DNA from: Stylophora pistillata
Taxonomy: Eukaryota
Reading direction: 5' to 3'
DNA: 63,858 nt
Assembly (NCBI RefSeq): GCF_002571385.2
Contig: NW_019217879.1
Span: forward strand, 519,561-583,418
The notes under the pieces are model-generated. The model was not told the origin of the DNA. It saw only the letters and a list, made by a program, of their open reading frames with translations, and searched no databases. Both the position numbers and the translations under genes were made by a program. Below are positions 36,601 through 49,300 of the stretch, piece after piece (the first letter of the stretch is position 1; each line of letters begins with the position of its first letter).

Positions 36601-39600
36601 ACAGACTGAATGACAGGCTCAGAGAAAGAGGAGTGGACCTTGAAACAGAGAGAAAACTAGAACAAGTATGCATATCTTTTGTTTCCAATTCTATTCAGTT
36701 TTTATTTAAGGCTGCATCTCATTTTAAATTATTCCTCTCTTTCTCATTTTTTCCTTTTGGATATCTATCTTAGTTTACAACTTACAATTATTCTCTGTGT
36801 TCTGAAAAGTGATCAGATCTTGCTCCTAATTAGTAGCTTGGCTTTGCTGTTATTTAATGTTGTAATAATTTCTTGTATTTCAGTTTAAACGTGATGTATT
36901 CAGTCAGTTAGATTTGGTACGAAACCAAACAAAACTGAGCCCAGATGCTGTTGGGAAAAATTCTCATTTCATTGATTCAGCTGTCATGAATGAGGCGTAA
37001 GTAGACCAGATATAAAACTTGATATATGAACTTCTTAGGCTGTGCGGTACTTCAATTATGACCTGACTTTGCCAGAATGTGAATTGTTTTCTAAATGTAT
37101 CTTAAACTCTGATTGCAATAATATGCCTTCAATAATGAAGTAAGCAATAGATCACACCTCTGATGATAAGAATGAAAGCGTTCAAAGAATAATGTCATCA
37201 CAGAACTTTGTCAGAGTTTCATGCCTCGGAGAGCTAAGAGGTCTAAATGTGTTAGATCTGACCTTATATGTCTTGTGGTACCTGGTTCATCTAAAATTAG
37301 AGTTGAAAATACTTTTTTTATTTACCAATACTAGCCTCTAACCAGTTTTAACTCTTTGACTCGTATGAGCTACTTGCTTCTAATTTCTCTTTTCAGTATC
37401 ACCCCTTAACCCTTTCACTCCCAAGATCTGATTATGAATTCTCCCCTCTAGCTGCTACACATTTCCTTGGAATTTGGTTATGAGAAGTTGTTGTTAGATC
37501 AAAATAACAACTTCCACCTGATGTGTTTGGGTATTCTCATTACCTGTTTGTTGGATAATGTGTGGATATTGTTGTGAGAAGTTACATGTTCATCACTTTA
37601 GAGTTGAAGGATTAAATCAAATGTAAAGGACACGAGAATAAAGGAAATGGTGACCAATTTAGTAGCTCTCGATTATCAAACCAATTTTTCTGGTCAGTAC
37701 CTTTGGAAACATGAAGAGAAAAGTGGAGGGAATATGGATATTAGTGTTGGGTGTAAAGGATAAACCTTCTTACACTGACCAGCTGATCTACAGACCTTTT
37801 TAAGACTTCCTACTCATTCCCATAACATAGCAGTTATAATATTATAATCATGTGCTTGTAATTTAGAACTTCATCTTTACTTGGTTAAACCTTATACAGG
37901 AAAAGAATGATTGAAGAAGAAACAGAGTCTTTAGGAAGGAATATTGAGCACCTTAAAACAAGACTGGGTATGAAAAAGTCACAAATAATTGCTACATTGC
38001 CTCGATTTTAACAAAAACGCAATGGAAAATTGTTGTTGGGTCACTTAAAACAGTAATTATTTATTTTTATATGACTTTTTATAATTATTTGTAATTGGGA
38101 AGACATTTGATCCTTCTGTTTAGCAGGTAGTATAATTGTAGATGAGTAGGTTGTTGAGGTACCACACAAAATGCCGTAAAGGACTGGGGGGGGGGGAATG
38201 GCTGTGGACTAGCCTCCTGTTCAGGGTAGTTTCAGTACTCCTAGTTACTACCTGTTGTTAAAATTGTGATGAAGCCTGGGTATTATGGACCACATGGCTG
38301 GAGTCAAAGCTTCATAGCTCATCATGCAGGGCTTGACGCTAACTTTTCAACTTACTAGCCAAGTGGCTAGTGACATCTTATATGTTTTGAGATGTTACGA
38401 TAATTTCAGTCTGTTTACTAGCCAAACTGCCTAGTGGAAATTGACAACCACAAGCCAAAACTGAATTTCCACTAGTCTGTGGCTAGTGGGCTACCATTAG
38501 TGTTCAGCCCTGGTCAGGTAATATTTACCTGGTCTTCCTTCTATCTTACATTTCTAATTTTTTTCTTGTGGATTAAAATACAGGTAAAATGGAGCTTGAA
38601 CTACAATCTGCTGTTGCTAGTTCTAGAGATGTTCTTCATAAACAAGAGAGGTTGGATAGAGTGAGTTTCTGAATTTAACAATGTTGTTAATTGCTGTCTT
38701 GTCCAAATAGGCCAGTTTTCTCAGTTGATCTAGGATCCTACATGAATTGTGAGCAATAAATGTTCTGGTCCACTGTTTTGGTTAACAATCTAAAAAATGC
38801 ATTTAGTGTCTATGTAGTGTTATAAAATATTGATCGGAGAAATGTATTTTGTGTAGGCTTTGTCATCACTGTCAGAGAATCAGCGCTCACAATCAAGAAG
38901 CCTGAGCAGCATTGTTGATGACAGACAATCTGACTCCTATGAGATACAACAGCTCAAGTAAGTCAGTTTAGCAAGTGTGATCTCCTTTATAGTGCTTAAG
39001 AGTTAATGAAAAAAATATTAACGCCCATTGGCAGATACTCCTGTCAACAAATACCATTGATTGCTTACAAATTAGTATTCATTTGATATAAAAATACTTT
39101 TCTTATTGTTGTCGATTTTATCAGACTTATTGTCTATTTTGTTTGTTTTGTGATCAGTGATATGTTTTTGTTTACTTGCAGGCACCTTGTTAACAAAGTG
39201 AGCAATCAGTGTTCTGAACTAGAAACAGAACTTCAGTCCAGCATCAGGCAATCAGGAGTTTCAAGTAAGATGTTCAGTAGCCAGTAGAAAATGGTCTTTT
39301 CAAGATGATGACTTTCCTAGTTTTTCAAAAGATGATAGAGCAGTGTCATCATGTGTTCAACTTGTTTTGTTTTGAGTATTCAGGGGCCATTTATCTTCCG
39401 AGAAAATATGCTGATATGCTTATTTTGGGGCTTAGCATGGCCGAGAGTATTTGGGAAGAGACAGCTTAAGAAAACACAGGTTACAGTCAGAAACACAAAT
39501 ATATTACTACAATGAACTTATTTGTGTGGCAAAAATTTTAAGGTCTGGAATAATTTTGATCCTTGATGAACATGAATGGCAATAATCTTCTTCATTTATT

Positions 39601-40616
39601 CATTTCTTCATTTCTTAGTTTAGTTTTATATTTGTAATAAATTAACTGTACGTGGAACCTAAGTGAACAAAAGGTGAACCATTCCACAAGGATCATTTGC
39701 AGTGTGCAATCGTTTGAGGTTCAAAGTGGGGATCATTAACAGTCACAGGAGCACTTGGGGGAGCTCTATGGATTTTAGTCTGTGAAACCCTTAGCGAGGC
39801 ACTGTCTATTTTGTTCACCATACAGGTAGCAACTCTTCTGTGAGACAGCCTCGACCATCCCCATCCCACCAAACCAGGATGACCAATGGTACCTCCAAAC
39901 CAAAGAAAAAAGGTGTCAAACAGAAATCTAAGGGAGCCACAGATGATCTTGTAATATCAAGTAATAGTGACACTGATCTAAGCTTGACAACACTTGAAGC
40001 TAGCAGCCTTAGTGATACAGACCTAGCCTCACTGCAGCTTGACAGATCATATGCAGGTGCAGTACTCATACTTATGGGTTGTGAAAATAGATCAGATGTT
40101 CTTAGCAGTCTTGTTCTAATCTTTCCAGCCTGGTTGTCTGAATTTCAGCCGTCTCTTCCCTTTACCCCAAGGGGGGCGTGCCCCCCTTGGGGTAAAGGGA
40201 AGAGACGGCTGAAATTCAGAGTACCAGCCTGGCAGCCATTTAGAATTTCCCTGAATTTGTTAAATTTACTTTTATTTTATTTTTATTAAATTTTAATTAT
40301 TTATTTATTTATTAATAGAAGTATTTCATACTAATTGTGGAAAGGGAGAGTTCTGTTCCAGAATGAAAATATTGTTACCAATGAAAAAATTTAATTGCTC
40401 ATCAGTGTCAGTTTTCTCCAAATGAAATTTGAGCTTGCATGATGTTAATTTCATTGAACCTTTTGGCCTTTAAGGTTCTTGTTAGTAGTAACCTTAAGAA
40501 AGATATGATGTTGCCAAAATAACTGTTTTTTCTTTGTAGGAGCATCTGGAAAAGGAATGGGAAACATCTCTAGTTCATCATTGAGTTCCCTAGATTCTGA
40601 TGATCTGCTTAAATAA
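33669..40616 (+). CDS. Uncharacterised coiled-coil protein, 12 exons, about 420 aa (one apparent 1-nt deletion in exon 3)
   Basis: GT-AG exons: 33669-33734, 33915-33984, 34740-34968, 35769-35850, 36592-36665, 36884-36996, 37900-37967, 38584-38660, 38857-38957, 39182-39264, 39826-40056, 40540-40616. All phases agree except exon 3, which is 1 nt short. Starts MDWESKFSSIVRETETNLARVR, has a heptad-rich middle and a Ser/Asp-rich tail. Confidence 0.8.
37410..37611. mobile_element. piggyBac-like MITE nested in another MITE (related copies at ~34210, ~36320, ~45587)
   Basis: TTAA on both sides (37406-37409, 37612-37615) and a CCCTTT start. It splits a copy of the 5694 family. Confidence 0.7.
40134..40223. 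mobile_element. Perfect hairpin MITE with 9-bp TSD (AcademH-like)
   Basis: About 41-bp perfect arms at 40137-40220; CCAGCCTGG repeated at 40125-40133 and 40224-40232. Confidence 0.7.
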
Positions 40617-40889
40617 CTGTCACGCAGGGATCAAAAGGAATATTATGTGATAAAATAATCACAATGCACTTTCCTGTGACACAAGTAACTGTACTCTTTT
40701 TATTTATTGTACCAGTTAAATTTTAGCAGAGAAAAAAATTGCAGACAAAAAGATCCATTAATTGTAATGTTGAATGAGACAAGTAGTTAGGAGTTTGCCC
40801 CTGTGCTTACAGGTAGAGACCTTTTTTATAACTGATAATATATTCCTCAATAAATTACTTTTTGATACAGTGTTGAGGATGCAGTTGTT

Positions 40890-41120
40890 CACGTTGGCCC
40901 AGGTGAGAGCGCTCATCTTTCACCACTATGACCCGGGTTTGATTCATGGACCTGGTGTCACATGTGTTTTGAGTTTGTTATTGGTTCTCTTCCTTGCTCC
41001 AAGGGTTTTTCTCCAGGTTCTCAAGTTTTCCTCCCTTTGCAAAAACCAACATTCCAAATTTCAATTCGACCTGGAAACAGTCACTAGAAGAGCCACCTTG
41101 TGGAATGTCTGCTGTTGAAT
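40890..41120 (+). mobile_element. Degenerate tRNA-derived SINE (V-SINE-like core)
   Basis: A/B-box remnants (GGTGAGAGCGCTC, CCGGGTTTGATTC) and GGGTTTTTCTCCAGGTTCTCAAGTTTTCCTCCC. Confidence 0.6.
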
Positions 41121-41827
41121 TCTCCTTCACATTCCCATTCCTATTTGGCATTTTGTTACAGTGGCAACTTTTAATAGGAAATTTGTTAAAGGTAAATTAT
41201 AAGTTATAAAGCCAGAAAAAATGTTAAACATGATCTTTCAATTTAATTTCAAGCAAGTTGTTGTTATATATACACCTTAGTGCTCACAAATAACCATAAG
41301 AAAGAAGAGAACTTTTCAAATGGGAATTTATTTCCATGTCAACGAATTTGCTTTGACTAGATTAGTTCTACAATGTGATGATTCAGTTCTACACTGTGAT
41401 GATTTTGTTTAAGTGGTTTGTTGTGTTCTTGAATAACTTCAACTGTGAAACTTAATATTAGTTAGCCATTTTTTGTGGAGTGATTACCTGCCAAAATTCA
41501 CCTAGCAGCCCCCTCGTTTCTTAGCCAGGGAAACTGGTGGCTTTCAGCTGCTGACTGGCAATTTTCTTGGAAGCTCCCTGTCTAGGTGTGTCAGTGGGCA
41601 CTGATGAATTGAGCTCACTATCACAATCCATCACAGTTCCATCCTTCGGAGAAATGATGCTGGCATACATTAATTCTCATTGCACAGAAAGCCAGCTTTA
41701 CTCCAGCCAATATGAGCCATCAAGTTTTCAGACATCCTTATGACCACCATACTGTACATAAACACAGGGTAATATGTAAAAACTGTTTATTAGGACTTTC
41801 AATTTCTAAGTGGCCCCTGCATATTAC

Positions 41828-43108
41828 TTAGAGCAAAGGCTTAATGTATTCCTTAAAAACATCCCCAAGTTGTAGTTCCATAAATCTTTCTGTCAGTTGT
41901 ATGGTAGATATGCACTCTTCTTTGTCAAAGTCAGAAATCCTATGCATTTAAAAAGGCAGGCAAAATTATTAGTGATAATTGTTAAATGGCTATCTGACTG
42001 AAGAGTACTGGGCTGTGTGAAAGGATCAGCTTTAACAATGTTACCATGGAAACTACACAGCACATCAAGAGAGGCAGAATATCAGCCATTTGGAAGAATA
42101 ACATTTTATAAAATCAGTCCAAATATAAACTTTCAGTCTCTACACCAAAATTGAAATATGGTGTCCAATTTGAATTGCCATTGTTCTGGACCTACTAGCC
42201 TTGTCTTCATGTGGAAACAAAAGGATTATCATGTGTGTGAGAGGCTAGTGAGTCCAGAACAGTGACAATTCAAATTGGACACCATATTTCGATTTGGTGT
42301 ATCTCTTACCCTACGAAAAGTTGACCATACTATTACAAAGCGCTTGTTAAAGCAGCATGAGTCTCCCTATTTTTACCTCAATTTACTAGGAGCTTGTTCC
42401 TGCACCAAGACATTCATCATTCTTTCCTTACATGGTTTTCCAAGAGTCAACATCAACATTGCAAGTTTTATGCCTTCGTAAGTATTCTCTGACATCACTA
42501 TCCTTCCCAGCCAGCAAAAGGAAGATCAAAGAACTTACGAAGAAGAGTCTTCCACTTAAATTTAGCTCTTGAACCCAACGTGTTATGGTTTTTATGTAGC
42601 GGTTTTTACTCCGCATGTGGTCTATCTTGAGTAAAATAACGGTTTTATCGGCACATAAATTACCACTTGCACTCTTTGACGCTGTACTTATGTTGTCAGA
42701 ACATAAAAAGTCTTTAGTATTCTCTTGGAGCCACATAACCAGTTCCATAATCATTGGCTCAGAACTCGAACTGTGCCAATCGTTTATATACTCCAAAAGT
42801 TTTTTTCGCAAAGAATTCAAGTCTTTCCTCGACATTTCCGCACATGATAGTGATATTTGTGGTAATTTTCTGGGATACTCTTGTGAAATTACAACAGTCA
42901 TTTCCACAACAAGTGAAACAGGACTCTTGTTCCCCACTGTGTTTAAGTCTTCCCCTGCGACACAACTGACGGAAATTTTGAAAGAGATTGGTCCTGAAGA
43001 TTCCTCAAGCTCATCAAATGATGTCGGATTTACCAAGAAAAATTCTTTAGGGTTGCAAAAAATCGATTTTAGGGCCATAACTTCATCCAACACTTCTGGT
43101 GCGAACAT
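41828..43108 (-). CDS. RWDD3: RWD domain-containing protein 3 (RSUME), 2 exons, apparent frameshift near 42442
   Basis: Exons 43108-42377 and 41939-41828. RWD domain (DEVMALKSIF, EYPRKLP) and C-terminal LKIDHMRSKNRY..LSGRL..VDVDS/GKPCKERMMNVL. Exon 2 encodes ISDFDKEE..KPLL*. Confidence 0.9.
42040..42053. promoter_or_regulatory. Consensus RFX X-box in the RWDD3 intron, ~1.25 kb upstream of DYNC2LI1
   Basis: GTTACCATGGAAAC. Confidence 0.55.
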
Positions 43109-43302
43109 GACAGTTATATGCCAGGCGTTCTTTCCCTCGCTCTGAAGAAACTGGTGGGGATTCATAACCAGCGGACAGGTTATGAAATTTTATTGCGGGC
43201 TCAATGTTAATGAAAGCTGAAATGTAGGAAATGGAAAACTTTACATCATTAGAGCATCATAATATAAGTTAATTTCACGCACCTAGACGTTTTCAATCAA
43301 GA

Positions 43303-46300
43303 ATGAGCGAGAAGAGGTAAGAAAAATTGCTTTAAATTATTAAGATGCTGTTTTTATCCGTTTATACGTGACTGCTTGTATAAAAATGGTAATTTAGTTA
43401 CGGTTGCTTTGGAAACAGTGAGCTTAGTTATGAAAGGTGGAATAAAGATGTGAGCTCAAAGTCCAGCAATTACACAAAGTAGGTCTGTTAAATGTCACTG
43501 TTCACTTAATCTTTAACATGGATAATGGCAACGTTATAACAGGTTTGTGTCAGTTGCAACCAGAATGCAGTACTCAGCTGTGATCAGTTTATTATGTCCT
43601 AAAAATTCTTGCAATTTCCTGAAATATCTTGCAATATTGCAATTTCAATGCCGTTGAATTATTTTTGATAGGTTGGTATGGTGGCTGTGAATTTATAGAT
43701 GAAGTGTGTTGAGGATTTTCTAATAAAGATGTTGATAATTCATTATTCAAAGCAAGGGTAACCTGATCCATTTTGGTGTTTTGTGCACATGAAAAAGGGG
43801 GTTATTAACCCCATTAATAGCCACAGCTTTTGTGAAAAACTGTGTTTTGAAGCTAGTCGAGCAGATTTCGGGTCACTGTTGTTGTTTTAAAAGCTCAAAC
43901 TTACCACAAACCCATTGACAGGTTGTACACTCCACGGCCTTTCGATCCAAATGCAAAATGGCGACCTGAAAATCTTGGGCACGCACTGAAAGCAAAATTT
44001 CGAGATAGTTTTTGGGTTGAAAAGTAATGCCCCACTTAGGACTTTTACTTTTCTCTCTTTCTCTTGCCCTTTTTTCCCCTCTCCTTGCCTGAAGTTTCTC
44101 CTCACTTGCTGGAAACTTAGTAGGCTTCATTTTGGTGTAGAGATTTTTTAGGAAACTACTCATTATTTTCAAACCACATGCTCAGAAAGGTAGGTGGGTA
44201 ATGGAACAAGATTTTCGAGCAGATTTTCAGGTCAAAGTTACATGGTTTTTTGGCTATTTCTCCAATCTCCTTGTCTATATTGCCCTCATTCTGGTATCAT
44301 TTGTAAGATATTTTCAGCCTGTTCAAGTACGTGCTCAAAGTCGTGCTCCAGGGTTAAAAGTGATGATGTCACAAGGTGTAGAAAGGGTGTGGGTCCACAT
44401 GGACGCATACGTGTGCACTGGACATCAATAGGTTAAGGGGTTCTAAAGTTTGACAAGGTGACCTGTAAAAAAGTCACAACTTTTTGAGCAATTATTTTGG
44501 CAAGTGTTAAAAAGTGAAAGCAGCAGTACATGTATATCATGGTATTAGTGAAGAAAGAATCTAAAATCTCATTTGAGCCACCTCAAGCTCTTGTTTTACT
44601 GTTTTATCAACAAAAAATCATCGATAGGTCAGAGAAGACTATCTGGGACTTGGCAGTTGAAGAGAGGAATAGAACTGAAAACCATTCAAGTAAAGGTATT
44701 TCCAATTTAGATGCACACTGTAAGTGTATTCCCAAGCTACCATTGTATGAAGAGAACTCTTGGGTTTTAAATTAGGTAAAGATTTGCCTTAACATAAATG
44801 AAAGACAGAAGTAATATTTAAATTAACCATGAATAACTTATTTTGAAGTTTTCTCTCTCCCTCTCTTTTTTTTTTTTTAAGATCAACAAGATGATTCACA
44901 GCTATCCAGTAGTGATGAATCCAGTATCTTTATCCTGGGAAGCAAAAACTCTGTAAGTTTTCAACAGTTTTGTCACTAGTACTACTTGTGAAATGGTGCT
45001 CTTCATATAATTGAATTTTTTATTTCTCTGAGTTTCTTGTTCAAATCTTTTCCAGCAAAAATGTTTGCTTGATTCATAGACCACTATCATAAATGGGTGC
45101 CGGATTAATGTTCTTTTGTTTAAATTTAAATTAGCCCCTCTGGCCTCATTCTCCAGTGCAAAATTCAAGAGAATACATTATCTCAAGCGAGGCCAGGAGG
45201 GCTAATTTAAATTTAAACAAAAGAATATTAATCCGGCAGCCATTTATGAAGGTGGTCTATAGTCATTTCTATTTTCTTGTGTTGGTCCACACTTCATATA
45301 ATTATGTTGCATGTAATTTCACACTTTCATCCCTCTATAAATGTTGTTACCAACTTATTTGACAATTGTGACATGTCGTCACAAAAGGGTCACTTTTTAC
45401 TGTTGTTTATTGTAGTTCTTGAAGTCTTCATTTACCCAATGTTAAATATTAATGAATCATATCAATTTCTAGGGAAAAACCTCCATAATTTTGAGATTTC
45501 TCGATCGGTGAGTAGAATTATTCAGCATACTAAGCAACATCATATTGAAAGCTGGACATATTAGTGAATCTCTCTTCAATCAACACTTTAACTCCCAAGA
45601 TCTGATTGTTGATTTTCTCCTCTAACTAATACAAATTTCCTTGTTAATAAGTTATGAGGATTTCGTGGTAGATCACGATGATAACTTCTACCCTATAGGT
45701 TTGAGTATTTTCCTTAATTTTTTCTGAATAATGTATGGATATTATATGGAAAAGTTACAGCCATACATGTTATCATGTCTGGGAATTCAAGGGTTTTACC
45801 CTTATTAAAATAACTTTAGAAATGGTGGAAGCACTCTGTATGAAGATCAAGAAATTTGACAAAATTTGTTGATAATCTAATTATAGAGATGAAGCTCCTA
45901 AACCAACTACAGCTTTGGATTATACCTTTGGAAGAAGAGCTAAAACTGGACATAATATTGTAAGTCTCTGTACACTTAGTCATAAGACAGTGATGTTTTT
46001 TTTTTAAAGACTAATAGAATGGGTAGTGAGTTTGGCCTCTCCAGACACAAGAGTACTGTTTTTAATTAAGTAAAGATTCTTCTCTACAGAGTTAAAGTTG
46101 TACCAAGAAAGGGATAAGCAAGTTGTATTTGAACTCATATGGTTTTCAACAATGAAAATGAATTAAATTTTTCTTCAGTTGCTTGACTGGTTTTACTATT
46201 CATTAAATTGTATTGAAGGATATGTGATAGTATCTTTTGGTCAATTTGAACAGGGAAAAGATGTAGGTCACATATGGGAGCTTGGAGGTGGAACATTCCT

Positions 46301-49300
46301 TTCCAAATTAATTGAAATTCCTCTGACATCTGTAACTATAAGGTGAGAGCCAACTGGCATTCAAGCTTAACCACTAGACCCATAGTAGTGACTAGCATCT
46401 AACTTCTCCTTACAATATCACCTCTGAATCACTCATTAAGGTCACAAGAATAGAGGGAATGATCACCATCTAAAGTAGCTCTTGATTGTTAAACAAATTC
46501 TCCTTGTCACTTAACGAAAATTGAATAGATAATGGTATGGAGAATATGTATACTGGTGTTGTAGTGTAAAGGGCGAGGGTTGATTTACATGCCAGGATGA
46601 TATGATTTCTAGCTGTGATCATTGCATGTGATAAACTTCTCATATAACAAACAATTTGCCCACCATGCTATCTTAATTAGTGACACCAGTAGCAATTCTG
46701 ATAGTGATACGCAAAACGGGAAATGTTTCAGAAAGACTTTATAAAACCTTGCAAAAAACTTTTTAGCTGCATAGCCATTGTTGAATGTCCATCGCATCAG
46801 ACTGTAAAATTCTGTAAAATAAGAATAGGTGCTAATGAATTGTTTGAGAAACCTGACAAGATGAGGGAGTTTGTAACCTGTGGTGGACTTGGATCTCATG
46901 CAGGTGGAGTTTCAATGCTCCAACAATATAATATATGGTTCTTGTCATAGAATCAGGGATAAGCTCCAGCCAGGTCAACCACTTGGCTAATGACTTTCCT
47001 TCTACTCAATACAATTGTGTTAGGTTAGAATGTTGCTGACTGCAGAAGTACAGTGTTGAGATACAGCTGTGGAGATTCCATGTCATTTAACTTATTGTTT
47101 GACTATATTCATGTACAGGAGTATGGCTGTTGTGGTTGTTGTGGACTTGTCTCTTCCAAATGAAATGTGGAACACAATGGAAACACTTCTCTCTCAGGTA
47201 AAGGAATGGTTTAATATATGTAGTGATTAGGAGTTAACTTCTGTAAGACAGAGAGACAGTAGTTGTCTAGCTCTTTTTTAATTCTATTAATTACCTTTTT
47301 TAAGATATGTAGCCAGAAATTAGCATGCCATATATTAAATACTTCAGCTGGTCTTCAAGTGTGCTATTAACAAAGTCTAACTAGACACTTTTTTTTTATT
47401 GATCTGTTTCCTTTATAAGGTTGTCTTTGTCATTAGGTAATTATGAGAGTTACATCAAATACTAATCAGAATATAAAATGTCTACATGCCTTCTTACATA
47501 TGGTACACTTTTATACAGAGTCTGTCCATATACTGTAAAGATGTTAAATAAAATTAATGACTAAAACCTACCCAAACTGAAGGAAACCTTATGTGCTAGT
47601 TGTTACAAGTTTGTAACTAGGAAGTTGATACAATTTAATTGTTTATTATAATTAGTTCCTGAGATGCTTTGTGCAGGAGTTATCTATAGATGAGATTACT
47701 GTGTGTGTCCTTAGGTCAAATCTAAAGTGAACAAAGCGCTGGAAAGTTTGGAAGGTAAAGAGCCAAGGTACGGTACACAGTGCTTCCATATGTTGGATGA
47801 TATTTTGTGTATGCTTCTGATGATGATAGCACATGTCACATACTAGCTGACGTTTCAATGAAAGCTGATTACTGGCGGCCTCTAAGTCCTCTTAGAACCA
47901 TCTGTTTAGCTTTCAAGTAGCCATCCTATGTGGGTTTTTTTCTTAGGGCCCTTTTCCAGGAATGGCCACATATTACACCAGTGTGCGCTTGCAGAAAAAG
48001 GTTATTGAAACCCTGCTGCTGGTAAGGCTGTCATGTTCAGTCTAATGGGGCACCACCTGCATATACACTCCTGCTGATGTGAATGCAATAAATTGTATTC
48101 AACTTTTTGCTCCTCCTCTCAGAGAAGCAGTCCTTCTTTTCCAGCTTTTTGCATGGGTGTATCCTAAACAAATTTGGCTCATGCGAAATCTAATGGGAGG
48201 TGCAGCTTAGTTGTTAGGACTGAATCAAAGGATCAAGCTGTGATTAGGTCATTTTATGCTGTGCTCTTGGGCAAGACACCTTATCCTGACAGTGTCTCTC
48301 TTCCCAAGAGCAGGTATGGGTATTGGCAAACTGACAGGGAGACTTAGGCAAATACAGGGGGGTAACCCCATGGTAGAATAAGTTGTTCTTTTCCTGGGGG
48401 AGGAGCAACACTTCTACTTGGTTCATGCTGGAACTGGGATAAGCTGCACCATGATGACCTTCTGACTCATGAGCCAACATAATTTATCTCATTTTTAACA
48501 TTTAATTTGGGGAATATGCCCTCATTCACAGTTGTTACATGGTGCCAGTTCTTCCTTTTTCTCAGCTGCCTCACTACTGCTCACATTCTAACTCCTGGAG
48601 AGGATGCCACATGCTCTAACCCTGTCCCCAGAGATTCTAACTCCTGGAGAGGATGCCACATGCTCTAACCCTGTCCCCAGAGATTTCTCAGTTTTCTTGA
48701 CATCTCTCTGTCAAGCAGTTATACAATGAGATGTCATTTATACACTTATTTTTAGGGGACACTGTGAGAAAACTTCAAATGACCCACAGGGGTTCTTTAA
48801 ATCAGGAATCTGGTATTAAACCATAAGACAACTGCTAGAAATGTTAACTGATCATGATTTCTTGTCTTCAAAGTTCTGTGCAACAAATTAAGAAGCAAGC
48901 CTGGAAGAAATTTGGAGAAGAACATCCTGTAAGTGAAAACATTCTGAAGTAAATTCTGTTATAATTATACATGTACATCAACATCCTCTAAAATTCAGCC
49001 CAAATGTTTGGACATTGTAATGGCAGTCATTGGTAATATTCTCCATTTAAGCATCCTTGCTCATTTTTGTTGTTTTATTTGGGAGTTTGTTAATTCCTGA
49101 AAGGTGTTGGCCTAATAATGTATTGTTATAATTTTCAGAGAGTGTGTGCTAGTTTTTGTCTTGTAGGTCATATTCATTGCCATGTGGTTATTATTTTTCT
49201 TAAATTACCAAACTATAGTTTGGATTAAAACTTTAGAAATTTTTAATAGTAGGCAGGAGAAAGAATGAAGAAGATTTTATGATTTTCTTCAAATTCTCTC

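Noticed and set aside
42428-42450. Programmed ribosomal frameshift in RWDD3
   Set aside because: No slippery heptamer or evident stimulatory structure at the site; an indel is more parsimonious.
42615-43145. 176-aa plus-strand ORF
   Set aside because: Antisense shadow of RWDD3.
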